Origin: Nitrospirales bacterium
Lineage (GTDB): Bacteria; Nitrospirota; Nitrospiria; Nitrospirales; UBA8639
Reading direction: 5' to 3'
NCBI GenBank assembly: GCA_965203665.1
Contig: OZ241905.1
Location: 174,275 to 238,274 of the forward strand
DNA: 64,000 nucleotides
In this document: piece after piece, positions 1 to 9,358 of the stretch
Position numbering within the stretch: the stretch's first letter is position 1
Layout: each line of letters begins with the position of its first letter
Position numbers and translations under genes: made by a program
The notes under the pieces: model-generated
What the model saw: the letters and a program-made list of their open reading frames with translations, nothing else
Databases searched by the model: none
What the model was told of the DNA's origin: nothing

Positions 1-8
1 AGCCATGC

Positions 9-338
9 TCAGGATCGAAAAGGCTCCAATAAATATCGCAAGGACTCGGGGAACTGATCAAAAGCATTGGTGTGTGCGAGTCCGGTAATGATGCCACGGT
101 GTTTCTTGTGTAGGCCGGAGTCGACAAAGGCCTGGACGTGGAGTTGCCGTTTCAGGGCATTATTGCTGAGCACTTGCGCCTGCTCCTCGGCTGTCTTGGT
201 CTTCAACAGGTCGGAGAGACATCGTATGGTTTTTTCGACACTATCATAAGGCGGAGCCAGTTTCAGCTCGGCATAAAATGCTTCCAGGTTCTCACGGAAT
301 TCGCTGAGCAGAGCTTGGTGGCTATCCTGCAGTGCCAT
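9..338 (-). CDS. hypothetical protein (109 aa)
   Basis: ATG-initiated ORF with balanced helical-looking composition. I recognise no motif. The overlapping + strand ORFs (67..249, 138..437) look like shadow frames. Confidence 0.35.
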   Translation of the reverse strand: MALQDSHQALLSEFRENLEAFYAELKLAPPYDSVEKTIRCLSDLLKTKTAEEQAQVLSNNALKRQLHVQAFVDSGLHKKHRGIITGLAHTNAFDQFPESLRYLLEPFRS

Positions 339-507
339 GACGGTAATGTAGAGGCGGGCAAAGGAGGGGGACAGGTTTATTGTGATAGCGGGATGCAGGG
401 CAAGGCGTGCTGGAGCGAAACCCGAGGCTTATCATAGAGATAGGTGAGGGTTGAGCGAGGACACAACGCCGCCATGCGCCCGATAGTGCAATAAATCAGA
501 GGTTCCT

Positions 508-1197
508 TTATTCGGAATTGCTGAATCCGTCCAAGTCATGCTCTTTCCCGATCATGACCAGGACGTCGCCCTTTTCGATCATATCGCCTGGGGAGGGAGT
601 GAAATTGAAGGTATCCTCCTTCTTGAGTTTTCCCTTGATCATGCGATTGACCTGCTTCTTGATGCCTATGATGTTGAGGTTATGCTGTTCGCGGATCCTG
701 GTTTCTTCGATGCTCATGCCGGAAAACCGGTCCGGCACGGCGATTTCCTCGACACTGTACCCGGGCGCCAATTCCAGGTAATCCAACACCTCGGGCGAAA
801 CCAGACGGTGCGCGAGCCGGATCGCGGCATCCCGTTCGGGGTAAATCACTTCGGTCACCCCGAGGTTGCTGAGAATTTTCCCGTGAACGTTGGTCACGGC
901 CTTGGCGATGATGGACTTGATCCCCATTTCGTGCAACGTCTGGACGATGAGGATGCTTGCCTCAATGTTCTCACCGATGCTGACCACCGCCACGTCGACA
1001 TTTTGGGTGCTCACGGCTTTCAGCGCGCGCTCATCGGTCGCGTCGCACTGGACCGCGAACGTCGCGCTGTCACTGATGGCTTGTATTTTGGCCTCTTCGC
1101 TGTCGATGGCGAGAACTTCACATCCCTTTTGAACCAACGATTCCGCGACGCTGTATCCGAATCGACCCAGGCCGATGACTGCGAACAGACGTTTCAT
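508..1197 (-). CDS. ktrA: K+ uptake regulatory subunit, TrkA/KtrA (RCK) family
   Basis: N-terminal Rossmann GxGxxG 'VIGLGRFG' and 'CDATDERAL' are typical of TrkA-N. The C-terminal segment is TrkA-C-like ('GMSIEETRIREQHNLNIIGIKK...GDVLVMIG'). The gene starts 9 nt downstream of the stomatin gene. Confidence 0.85.
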   Translation of the reverse strand: MKRLFAVIGLGRFGYSVAESLVQKGCEVLAIDSEEAKIQAISDSATFAVQCDATDERALKAVSTQNVDVAVVSIGENIEASILIVQTLHEMGIKSIIAKAVTNVHGKILSNLGVTEVIYPERDAAIRLAHRLVSPEVLDYLELAPGYSVEEIAVPDRFSGMSIEETRIREQHNLNIIGIKKQVNRMIKGKLKKEDTFNFTPSPGDMIEKGDVLVMIGKEHDLDGFSNSE

Positions 1198-1206
1198 GAC
1201 GTGAGG

Positions 1207-2025
1207 TTATTCATCTGATGGTTCGGGCTCCACTTGTTTGGGTGGCGGCGCATTCGATGGTTCCATGTGTTTCAAGAACGGGCTCAACAAGTCAATGGGC
1301 ACGGGAAACAGGATCGTGGAATTCTTGTCTCCGGCTACGTTCATGATAGTTTCGAGATACCGTAATTGGATAGCTGCCGGATTTTGGCTGAGGATGTTGG
1401 CGGCATCGGAGAGGCGTTGGGAGGCCTGAAATTCGCCTTCGGCATGGATGACTTTCGACCGTCGTTCCCGTTCGGCTTCCGCCTGCCTCGCAATCGCACG
1501 CTGCATTTCCTGCGGAAGGTCCACGTTCTTGACCTCCACGGCGGAGACCTTGATGCCCCAGGGTTCGGTGGCTTGGTCGATAATCCGCTGCAAGTCCGCG
1601 TTGATTTCATCCCGTTTCGAGAGCAGGTCATCCAACTGGCTTTGGCCCAGGACGCTCCGCAGGGTCGTCTGGGCGATCATGGAGGTAGCATAATAGTAGT
1701 CTTCCACCCCGACAATGGCTTTTTCCGATTCCACCACGCGAAAGTAAATCACCGCGTTCACCTTGACCGACACGTTGTCTTTCGTGATGACGTCCTGGGG
1801 GGGCACGTCCATGGTCACGGTGCGGAGGCTCACGCGAACCATTTTGTCGATGAACGGGATGATGATGACGACACCGGGTCCATTCTGGCCGACCAAGCCC
1901 TTGGCCAGACGGCCGAACCGGAAAATGACGCCGCGCTCGTATTCCCGCAGGATATAGAACCCTTTCGAGATCAGGATGATGAACCCAAGCAACAGGATGA
2001 ATAGCATCATGGGACTGAAATCCAT
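1207..2025 (-). CDS. SPFH/band-7 (stomatin-like) membrane protein
   Basis: An N-terminal TM helix is followed by '[16 protein letters not shown]' and an '[11 protein letters not shown]' coiled segment, typical of stomatin/prohibitin homologues. It follows nfeD with a 3-nt gap, matching the conserved nfeD-stomatin operon. Confidence 0.9.
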   Translation of the reverse strand: MDFSPMMLFILLLGFIILISKGFYILREYERGVIFRFGRLAKGLVGQNGPGVVIIIPFIDKMVRVSLRTVTMDVPPQDVITKDNVSVKVNAVIYFRVVESEKAIVGVEDYYYATSMIAQTTLRSVLGQSQLDDLLSKRDEINADLQRIIDQATEPWGIKVSAVEVKNVDLPQEMQRAIARQAEAERERRSKVIHAEGEFQASQRLSDAANILSQNPAAIQLRYLETIMNVAGDKNSTILFPVPIDLLSPFLKHMEPSNAPPPKQVEPEPSDE

Positions 2026-2028
2026 TGG

Positions 2029-3396
2029 TTATGGCCCCTCATTTTGCGGTTCGAGGGGTTTCACGTGGACCGTGAGGCCCTCAATTTGGGTGATTTGAAT
2101 GGGTTGCCCTTCGGTCACCGGCGCCGAACTGACGGCGTCCCAGATTTCGCCCTGAACAGAAATTTGTCCCTTCGGCGTCAGGTTCGTTTTCGCCGATCCG
2201 ATGCGGCCGATCATGCCTTCGCTGCCGGTGGGCGTTTGCCGGCGCAAAGCACGCACGCCGAAATTCACCACAAGCAAGGTAAAGCCGACCGCGAGGGCGA
2301 TGACGGGAAGCATAACAGACCAGGAGAGCTGATAATAGGGGAAATCCTGGTTGAAGAGAAACAGCGACCCCAGCACCATGGCCGTGACCCCGCCGATGGC
2401 CAACACCCCGTAACTGGTGACGGTGACTTCCAGAATCAGCATGACGATGCCCAAAATGAACAGCAGGACCCCCGCGTAGTTTACGGGAAGGGACTGCAGG
2501 GAATAGAACGCAAGGATCAGGCTGATGGCGCCGACCACGCCGGGAAGAATCGCGCCCGGGCTGTAGAGTTCCGCGATCAACCCGATGGTGCCGATGGTCA
2601 TGAGCACGTAGGCGATATTCGGATCGCTGATGGCTTTCATGGTTTCGAGTCGCCAACTCATGGGGAAATCGCTCGTGCGCACGTCCTGGGTCTGAAGGGT
2701 CACGGGTTGTTCCCCAATGGCGAGTTCCCACCCGTCGAGTTGTCGGAACAGGTCGTCGAGATCCGACGCAATCAGGTCGATCACGCCCAGTTCTTGGGCC
2801 TGCGTGGCGGTGGCCGAGACGCTTTTCTTGACGGCGTTTTCCGCCCATTCGACGTTCCGGCCGCGGCGTTCGGCTATGGACCGGATGTAGGCGACCGCGT
2901 CATTCTCCACCTTGGCCTTCATCACCTCGTCCATTTCCCCGCCGCCCATGGCCACGGGGTGAGCCGCGCCGATATTGGTGCCCGGCGCCATGGCCGAGAC
3001 GTGCGCCGCCAGGGTGAGGAAGACCCCGGCCGATGCCGCCCGCCCGCCGGTCGGCGCGACGTACACGACAACGGGAAGTTGGGCACCCGTGATGTCTTTA
3101 ATCATCAAACGCATCGACGTGTCCAGTCCTCCGGGCGTGTCGAGCTGAAACACCAGGAATTGGGCGCGTTCCTGTTCCGCATGGGCGATGGCTTCGTGGA
3201 GATATTCGGCGGCGACGGGATTGATCACCCCTTCATACGCGGCGGTGACCACCAGGGAAGGCTCGGCCCGGGAGAGGCCGACGTGACAAAAGAAAAACAG
3301 AACGATCAGCGCGACGACCGCGCGACCTTTCCGACTGTGCCACAGGGAGCTACGAACGAGCGAAACCGGGGAAGGCGTTGTGCGAATGATAGTCAA
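2029..3396 (-). CDS. nfeD: NfeD-family membrane-bound ClpP-class serine protease
   Basis: ClpP-like N-domain ('FQLDTPGGL', 'RAASAGVFL'), a multi-TM middle region, and a C-terminal OB-like NfeD tail ('ISVQGEIWDAVS'). Confidence 0.85.
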   Translation of the reverse strand: MTIIRTTPSPVSLVRSSLWHSRKGRAVVALIVLFFFCHVGLSRAEPSLVVTAAYEGVINPVAAEYLHEAIAHAEQERAQFLVFQLDTPGGLDTSMRLMIKDITGAQLPVVVYVAPTGGRAASAGVFLTLAAHVSAMAPGTNIGAAHPVAMGGGEMDEVMKAKVENDAVAYIRSIAERRGRNVEWAENAVKKSVSATATQAQELGVIDLIASDLDDLFRQLDGWELAIGEQPVTLQTQDVRTSDFPMSWRLETMKAISDPNIAYVLMTIGTIGLIAELYSPGAILPGVVGAISLILAFYSLQSLPVNYAGVLLFILGIVMLILEVTVTSYGVLAIGGVTAMVLGSLFLFNQDFPYYQLSWSVMLPVIALAVGFTLLVVNFGVRALRRQTPTGSEGMIGRIGSAKTNLTPKGQISVQGEIWDAVSSAPVTEGQPIQITQIEGLTVHVKPLEPQNEGP

Positions 3397-3493
3397 TGCG
3401 GAGGAAACCTCCTACAAAAACCATCTTACGAGCCTCTCCCAAGGGTGTCAAGAAAACGCACGCGTTGGGTGGACGGGGAGGATATGCGTATTC

Positions 3494-3775
3494 TTAGACC
3501 AATTCCAGGCGCACTTTGCGCCCCATGGCCGTGGCCGCTTTCTGCAACGTCGCCAGCGTGACCGATTCATTCCCGGCGTCCAGCAACCGGTTCAGCGCAC
3601 TGCGACTGGTCTGCATTCGCCGTGCCATTTCCGTCTTGGTGAGCCCCTCTTGTGCCATCGCCGCTACGACCTGACGCGCCAGTACCCGTTTGATGGCGCC
3701 GGCCGTGACGTCCTGCCTGATGCCTTCTTCATCCAGCCAGCTATCGAACGACGTTCCGACGTGCTTTCTCTTCAT
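3494..3775 (-). CDS. XRE-family HTH antitoxin (HigA-like)
   Basis: HTH segment 'LTKTEMARRMQTSRSALNRLLD'. It overlaps the upstream toxin gene by 4 nt. Confidence 0.8.
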   Translation of the reverse strand: MKRKHVGTSFDSWLDEEGIRQDVTAGAIKRVLARQVVAAMAQEGLTKTEMARRMQTSRSALNRLLDAGNESVTLATLQKAATAMGRKVRLELV

Positions 3776-4110
3776 CGGTTATCTCCCTTCTTGCGCCGTC
3801 GAGCCAACTCCATATCCTGATTCGGGGTTTTCCGGCTCTTCTTGATGAACCCGTGCAGCAACACGAGCCTTCCCTCGTCCACACAGAATATGACTCGTGC
3901 TGTCCTATTTTCACTGAGATTGCTCCGTACCTCCCACAAGTCATGGCCCAGTGAACGCACCAGCGGCATGCCCAGCGGCCAGGAATATTCCACGTCCTTG
4001 ACGTCTTCGCCGATGATCTTGCGGTCGGCCGGATTGAGGCTCCTCAGCCATTCCCGAACCGGCTCCCGTCCTCTATTAGAGCGGTAAAAGTATGCGGGCA
4101 GACGTTTCAA
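3772..4110 (-). CDS. RelE/HigB-superfamily toxin, phage Gp49-like (DUF891)
   Basis: 'REPVREWL..L...D..KI..DV..VE..WPLGMPLVRSLG..LWEVRS......ARVIF......LVLLHGFIKKS.KTP' matches the Gp49/HigB-like pattern. The toxin-first gene order is typical of HigBA. Confidence 0.8.
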   Translation of the reverse strand: MKRLPAYFYRSNRGREPVREWLRSLNPADRKIIGEDVKDVEYSWPLGMPLVRSLGHDLWEVRSNLSENRTARVIFCVDEGRLVLLHGFIKKSRKTPNQDMELARRRKKGDNR

Positions 4111-4324
4111 TTCCCAGGCCGTAAGCTAATGTATCAAAAATGGTACTACAAAGACAATGAAGACCTGCCCCTGGTCGGCATCTACGCAGGCTGACTATTC
4201 TGTCAATGAATGACTGAACTTTTACAATCCCCGACTCGATCGGGGATCCAGTGTCTTTGTCTTTAAATTCGTGGCCGTGACATCCCTGTTTGGAGGCCGG
4301 GACATGCCGGATCATGGTGTGAGG

Positions 4325-4363
4325 AAAAAAAAGAAGGGCAGCTATGGCTGCCCTTCTTTTTTG
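4325..4363 (-). terminator. rho-independent terminator (symmetrical A-run/T-run flanks, so potentially bidirectional)
   Basis: Perfect hairpin 'AAGAAGGGCAGC-TATG-GCTGCCCTTCTT' flanked by an A-run and a T-run, about 30 nt downstream of the stop of the 4395..5696 gene. Confidence 0.6.
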
Positions 4364-4394
4364 TGGTCCGCGACGCGGGCCATGGATAAGATCG

Positions 4395-5696
4395 TTACTG
4401 TTTATACGCGCCGAAGGCGCCGACGAAGTTCACGGCATCATCCGTAGAAGATCCGCCGAAGGTCCCGGCAACCGACCCCGGTCTGCCGTCCGACTCACCA
4501 TTGCCGAAGAACTGGCCGCCCCAATTGCCCGTGTAACTGCGAGTATTGTTTGAGCCTGTCACGGCACCATGGAAGAAGCCGCTGTTTTGTGATCCAATAT
4601 TGGCCGTGCCCAGGTTCAACGTCCCATCCGCCGGGGCGCCGTCCACTAAGAACTCGGTGATTGATCCGCTGATCGTACCGAAATCGCTTCCACCGCCGAA
4701 GTTCGCCGTCAGCTCGAGAACGCCGGCGAAGTCGCCGATGTTGGTTGCGGTGGCTGTCTTTTCCGAATACACACCCACTGCATTCCCTTCATAGGTTGCC
4801 GTGCCTTGAAGAGTCACCAAATTGGCCTGAGCGAACGGGTCGCTGCCGTCTGCAAACGCACCGAATACTAAATCGTCGACGCTTGTCGCAGTGTCGGGAA
4901 CGAACACCCACACTCCGCCAGACAAATAGTCGGTGTCTGCTTCCGATACCGTTGTGGTGGTCCCTTGGGGAGTGAATATCCAGTCAGTGCCGCTTGGATC
5001 GAAAGCTGTGCCACCAAATGATGGACACGATCCACCACCGGCTCTGTCGCAGGAGAAAGTTCCCGGAACCCCATTCAGGGTTCCATCACCCATGCGGGCA
5101 TTCCATTCCGCTTGCGTCATCCCACCTACTCTGGAACCCTGGGGTATATCCTCCAACCGCACGGGTTGCCCTCCACCCGTCGATATTTGGCTTGTCTTCG
5201 GTGCCTCAATATCCGAGTGGGCATCGACATACACGGTGCCGCCGCTGACGCGTTTGCTCAGTTCGGAACCTTTCCACGGAGGACTAACGTCCGATATCCT
5301 CTGAGGATTCCCCTCACCCATGCCGATCGACCACTCCGTTCCGTTCCGCACGGAGAACCTGTGTTGGCTGGCTCCGTATTCTGCGGTCACTTCCACCCGG
5401 TCGAGTGTGACGTTGTTGCTGTTTACATTCGAAGACTGCGTGACGCTGCCTGCACGGGGCGTAGCCTCGGCAGCTTTTCCCATTGCTGCCAATATGTTAT
5501 CCGCAGCCATCTGGTCTACATTCAAACCACCGAATACCGATACAGACGGCGTCGCGCCACTTCCCGGTTGCTGAGCGGGCGGCTGTTGATTATCCGGCAT
5601 TCCGGCCATTGGGCTGCTGCTGCCACCACCACCGCAGCCGGCCAAGGCTAGAGTGGCAATTATCACCAACGTGCTGATCAAGCGATAAACGTTCAT
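4395..5696 (-). CDS. lipoprotein with TbpB/fHbp-like C-terminal beta-barrel signature
   Basis: Signal peptide with lipobox 'LALAGC' and a Gly/Ser/Pro linker. The C-terminal ~130 aa show alternating beta-strand motifs: 'YEGNAVGVY','GVLELTANFGG','ISGSITEF','FHGAVTG','YTGNWGGQFFGNGE','VAGTFGG','FVGAFGAYKQ'. Confidence 0.7.
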   Translation of the reverse strand: MNVYRLISTLVIIATLALAGCGGGGSSSPMAGMPDNQQPPAQQPGSGATPSVSVFGGLNVDQMAADNILAAMGKAAEATPRAGSVTQSSNVNSNNVTLDRVEVTAEYGASQHRFSVRNGTEWSIGMGEGNPQRISDVSPPWKGSELSKRVSGGTVYVDAHSDIEAPKTSQISTGGGQPVRLEDIPQGSRVGGMTQAEWNARMGDGTLNGVPGTFSCDRAGGGSCPSFGGTAFDPSGTDWIFTPQGTTTTVSEADTDYLSGGVWVFVPDTATSVDDLVFGAFADGSDPFAQANLVTLQGTATYEGNAVGVYSEKTATATNIGDFAGVLELTANFGGGSDFGTISGSITEFLVDGAPADGTLNLGTANIGSQNSGFFHGAVTGSNNTRSYTGNWGGQFFGNGESDGRPGSVAGTFGGSSTDDAVNFVGAFGAYKQ

Positions 5697-5894
5697 GTTG
5701 TGCCTCCTGTCCTTCTCAGATGATGGGATGAATAAGACATATGCAACTAAACAGTCCAGTAATGTCGCTAATTTTAGATTGTAAAGTCAATAATTTTATT
5801 GCTGGCACCGTTAAAAGGCGTGAGGTTGGAATGTGACCCTGTGGAAAGGGTGGGTAGCGCAAGGAAGTTGCAAGCCCAAGGGCGGGCTCCTAGA

Positions 5895-6785
5895 ATGCGG
5901 GCGATGTCCACCTTTCAATCAGGCCAACGCGTCCATCTGGTCGATAAAAAAGGGCGGCAGTATGCCCTTACGCTCAAAGCCGGCGATCGGTTTCAGCACA
6001 GCGGGGAAACCATCCCGCATGACGACCTCATCGGACTGCCGGACGGAATCATGGTGCGCCTTTCAGGGGGGAAGACCATGATGGCCTTGAGCCCCACTTT
6101 GGCGGAGTACACGCTGAAGATGCCGCGGGGCGCGCAGGTTCTCTATCCCAAGGACATCGCCATGATCCTCATGTGGGCCGACGTGTACCCGGGAGCTTCC
6201 GTGTTCGAAGCGGGGGTCGGTTCCGCGGCGTTGACGCTGGGCCTGCTGCGTGCGGTCGGCGACCGTGGGCAGGTTGTCAGTTATGAAAGACGGGAAGACT
6301 TTGCGCGGACCGCGATGAAAAATATCGAGCGATTCCTGGGTCCGGTGGCCAACTTCCACCTAGTGCAGCGCGATGCCCATGAAGGTATTTGTTGGGAGGT
6401 GGACGGTACGCCCCACGTCTTCGACCGGGTGATCCTGGATTTGCCGGAACCGTGGCACGTGGTGCCCCACGTACCGGCAGTACTCAGGTCAGGCGGCATT
6501 TATCTGAGCTTTGTCCCGACCGTGCCCCAAGTGGTTCAGACGGTGGAGGCCTTGCAACGGACTAGGGCCTTCGGCCTGATCGAGACCTTCGAATCCCTCG
6601 TGCGCCATTGGAACATCGACGGGCGTAGCGTCCGGCCTGACTTGCGAATGATCGCCCACTCGGGATTCATCACGGTGGCCCGTCGCCTGGAAAAGGGTGA
6701 GGCCCACACGGGGCCGATCTCCGCTGTCGCATCCGATAACGAAGGTGAAGGCGAAACAGAAGATCCGGTGTTTGACGGAGGCTGA
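5895..6785 (+). CDS. trmI: tRNA (adenine-N1)-methyltransferase TrmI/GCD14 family
   Basis: 'LSPTLAEYTLKMPRGAQVLYPKDIAMILMWADVYPGASVFEAGVGSAALTLGLLRAVG' carries the SAM motif I. 'DRVILDLPEPW' is typical of TrmI. The track ORF starts at TTG 5799, but I prefer ATG 5895 or 5904. Confidence 0.85.
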   Translation: MRAMSTFQSGQRVHLVDKKGRQYALTLKAGDRFQHSGETIPHDDLIGLPDGIMVRLSGGKTMMALSPTLAEYTLKMPRGAQVLYPKDIAMILMWADVYPGASVFEAGVGSAALTLGLLRAVGDRGQVVSYERREDFARTAMKNIERFLGPVANFHLVQRDAHEGICWEVDGTPHVFDRVILDLPEPWHVVPHVPAVLRSGGIYLSFVPTVPQVVQTVEALQRTRAFGLIETFESLVRHWNIDGRSVRPDLRMIAHSGFITVARRLEKGEAHTGPISAVASDNEGEGETEDPVFDGG

Positions 6786-6850
6786 ACCCGTTCCATCCTA
6801 TACGGATCTGCCGGGGCAGGTCGTAGGGGCGGTGCCCGTCCTGTGAGGCA

Positions 6851-7228
6851 ATGCAAACACTTCTCATTGCAGATGATGACCCCGATCTCCGGTTGTTGCT
6901 GCAAACCACGTTGGAAGATCCGGCCTATCGCATCCTGGAAGCTTCGGACGGGAAGTCGGCCTTGCACCTGGTCCGGCAGGAACAACCGGACGTGGTGATC
7001 CTGGATCGGATGATGCCCAAACTCGACGGTCTTGCCGTGGCCCGGATCGTGCTGGCTGACCCGGCCATCCGGCATATTCCTCTGATTCTCCTGACGGCCC
7101 TGGATCCGCCCGTGTCAATTGATGGAGAGCCGCTGCCGGAAGTCTTTGCCTATCTCGTCAAACCCTTCAGCCCCTTGCAATTACTCGAAACCGTCCGGCA
7201 GGCGCTCGACCGCACGGGCACGGTTTAG
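6851..7228 (+). CDS. stand-alone response-regulator receiver (CheY-like)
   Basis: 'LLIADDD', phospho-acceptor context 'DVVILDRMMPKLDG', and 'PLILLTA'. Confidence 0.9.
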   Translation: MQTLLIADDDPDLRLLLQTTLEDPAYRILEASDGKSALHLVRQEQPDVVILDRMMPKLDGLAVARIVLADPAIRHIPLILLTALDPPVSIDGEPLPEVFAYLVKPFSPLQLLETVRQALDRTGTV

Positions 7229-7241
7229 GTCCCGGGTGCCG

Positions 7242-8081
7242 ATGAAACTCTCTCAGGATTTCGTCCCAGATGATGATCTCAACAAACAACTGCGTTCGGC
7301 CAAGTCGCAACTGGCGCTCTATGCCAAGGATCTGAAAGCCCTGTTGTCTCGCGAACGCAAAAAAACACACAAACTGGAAACGACGAATCAGCAGTTGCAG
7401 GCCTATGCCCATGACCTGAAGGCGGCCTATGCAACCCAACAACAAAAGACACGGGAACTCGAAAAAGCCTATGCGGATACCGTGGTCCGCCTGACCCTGG
7501 CCTCCCGGTACAAGGACGAAGAAACCGGCGCGCATATCCGGCGCCTGAGTCACTACGGCAAAATCCTGGCACTGGTCATCGGACTCGATGAAGATGACGC
7601 TCAATTGATTTTCGACGCGGCGCCCATGCATGACGTGGGCAAGGTCGGGATTCCCGACCGGATCATGCAAAAGCAGGGACCGTTGGATGAAGAGGAATGG
7701 GAGATCGTCAAACGGCACCCGATCCTGGGAGCCAATCTGTTGGCCGGTTCACCCTCGTTGTTGTTACAGACTGCACGGGACATCGCTCTCACGCATCATG
7801 AGCGGTGGGACGGCAGCGGCTACCCGCAAGGCTTGAAAGGCGAGGCTATTCCTCTAGGCGGGCGCATGGTCATGTTGGGAGACACCTATGATGCGCTTCG
7901 AAGCGTGCGGCCGTATAAACCGGCCTTTTCCCATAAGAAGACGTGCGACATCATCCTGAACGGCAACGTGCGAACCAAGCCCAGGCATTTCGATCCGGCG
8001 CTGCTCGAAGCCTTTCGGGACAAGCACCTGGAGTTCGACCGGATTTTTTCGCAGATCAGGGAGGAAGAAGCGATGCTGTAG
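7242..8081 (+). CDS. HD-GYP domain c-di-GMP phosphodiesterase with N-terminal coiled coil
   Basis: 'HIRRLSHYG','MHDVGKVGIPD','HHERWDGSGYPQGL' are the HD and GYP signatures. ATG 7242 lies 14 nt after the receiver gene's stop. The longer track ORF (from 7119) overlaps the receiver gene. Confidence 0.9.
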   Translation: MKLSQDFVPDDDLNKQLRSAKSQLALYAKDLKALLSRERKKTHKLETTNQQLQAYAHDLKAAYATQQQKTRELEKAYADTVVRLTLASRYKDEETGAHIRRLSHYGKILALVIGLDEDDAQLIFDAAPMHDVGKVGIPDRIMQKQGPLDEEEWEIVKRHPILGANLLAGSPSLLLQTARDIALTHHERWDGSGYPQGLKGEAIPLGGRMVMLGDTYDALRSVRPYKPAFSHKKTCDIILNGNVRTKPRHFDPALLEAFRDKHLEFDRIFSQIREEEAML

Positions 8082-8111
8082 AGCCGCAGAACATGCCTGC
8101 GCCATTAGATT

Positions 8112-8169
8112 TGTAGCTGCCGCATCTTATGCGGCCAAGAAGAAAGCGCCATAAGATGGCGCGGCTACA
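8112..8169. repeat. REP-like composite palindrome, family B
   Basis: TGTAGC-[GCCGCAT-CTT-ATGCGGC]-spacer-[GCGCCAT-AAG-ATGGCGC]-GCTACA. A second copy lies at 41529..41602. Confidence 0.6.
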
Positions 8170-8175
8170 AAACAT

Positions 8176-8604
8176 TCAGCGTCCCGGGAAATCGACCGGA
8201 TATCCGGCTTCGGCCCAGGCGTTCATGCTGCCCGCGACGTTATACACGTGTTGGTACCCGAGGCCGGCCAGCGTTTCCGCGGCGATGTTGCTCCGGTGAC
8301 CGGATTGACAGTACACGACAATATGATCGTCGAGTTTTGCACCGAGTTCCGTGTGGCGACGGCCAATTTCCCGAAAATCGATATTGTAATCGGTGCCGGG
8401 AATGAAGCCCGTCATGTGTTCGTCGCCGGTGCGGACGTCAATCAGAATGAACCCTTTCTGCTGGAGGCTCGGGGCTTTTTCGAGTCCCCGGTTCAACTCC
8501 TGGACCGTCAGCACGTACGTTTGTTGGGCCGAGACGGAACCACCCAGTACAACCAACGCCAGTGAGAGAACTATGAAACCACTGAGTATTGTCCGGATCT
8601 TCAT
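8176..8604 (-). CDS. secreted single-domain rhodanese (sulfurtransferase)
   Basis: Signal peptide, then the active-site loop 'VYCQSGHRS'. Confidence 0.85.
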   Translation of the reverse strand: MKIRTILSGFIVLSLALVVLGGSVSAQQTYVLTVQELNRGLEKAPSLQQKGFILIDVRTGDEHMTGFIPGTDYNIDFREIGRRHTELGAKLDDHIVVYCQSGHRSNIAAETLAGLGYQHVYNVAGSMNAWAEAGYPVDFPGR

Positions 8605-8671
8605 ACGAAACCTCCCTCTCGAAAAAGTCTGGAGGACAATCAGAAATCAACTCCTGCTTAGAAAATATCCT

Positions 8672-8989
8672 ATGCCCACTTTCGGAGCCTGGTCAAGAGC
8701 CTGTATGGCGCTCATGATCGTGCTGGGGGGGTGTGGCGGCGGCGTTGAGGTGGTTCGGGAGAGTCCGGATTCAGGAGTCGTTCGGTATCTGTACAAAGGG
8801 ACCGACGGACACCTGTACACATCCAAGCGCCAAAAGGCGTTTGACAAGATTGACGAGTTTTGCGGTGGCCCGTACCAAGTGCTCAAGGAAGGGCAAACCA
8901 AAGGCCGGCAACGGGTGGTCGAGGGCATGGGTGGCTCGGAGATCGTGACCGAAGACTGGTGGGGCATTCGGTTTCAATGCCTGCCCTGA
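8672..8989 (+). CDS. small lipoprotein (105 aa)
   Basis: The internal ATG at 8672 gives 'MPTFGAWSRACMALMIVLGGCGGG' (lipobox LGGC). The upstream part of track ORF 8393..8989 overlaps the rhodanese gene. Confidence 0.6.
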   Translation: MPTFGAWSRACMALMIVLGGCGGGVEVVRESPDSGVVRYLYKGTDGHLYTSKRQKAFDKIDEFCGGPYQVLKEGQTKGRQRVVEGMGGSEIVTEDWWGIRFQCLP

Positions 8990-9058
8990 GCCCAGTCGAA
9001 GGGCACGAAGTAAACGAGAGGCGTCATCGTCGCCTGTCATGTTAAAAATGGAGACTGC

Positions 9059-9358
9059 ATGATGACTGAACAACGTTACTTACCGGACGACGTAGAGGCC
9101 TATGGCAAAACACCTTTGTTCACGAACGAAACCGTGCCGGACAAGCTCCTCACCTATCATGACTTGCAAGCCGGAACATGGGGTCTTCTAACGGTTGAAG
9201 CCGGTACGGTGAGTTTTTTCCGGCAAGGAGACGATGCGCCGTTTGCGGTCATTTCATCGGAAAAGCCTTTCGTCATCTTGCCGGAAGAAGTTCACCATGT
9301 CGGTTTGTCTGAGGACGCTAAATTTTTCGTGACGTTCTACAAGCGTCCTGCAAGCTGA
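9059..9358 (+). CDS. DUF1971 (TehB N-terminal/YeaR-like) protein
   Basis: 'TPLFTNETVPDKLLTYHDLQAGTWGLLTVEAGTVSF...VILPEEVHHV' matches the DUF1971 pattern as I remember it. Confidence 0.7.
   Translation: MMTEQRYLPDDVEAYGKTPLFTNETVPDKLLTYHDLQAGTWGLLTVEAGTVSFFRQGDDAPFAVISSEKPFVILPEEVHHVGLSEDAKFFVTFYKRPAS

Noticed and set aside
2044-3561. A 505-aa + strand ORF. Similar long antisense ORFs occur at 538..1218, 1366..2004, 6536..7075, 7167..7718, 43652..44092, 50152..51042, 52515..53114, 53923..54561, 59493..60062 and 63296..63958.
   Set aside because: Each lies entirely antisense to a gene with strong family motifs. Their products are Arg/Gly/His/Pro-rich low complexity, typical of shadow frames in G+C-rich DNA.
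5799-5894. N-terminal extensions offered by the ORF track: TTG 5799 for trmI, 7119 for the HD-GYP gene, 8393 for the small lipoprotein, 36461 for higB, 36780 for higA, 40729 for int and 61910 for DUF427.
   Set aside because: The extensions overlap upstream genes or add non-homologous residues. Internal ATGs give canonical N-termini, often with an SD sequence.
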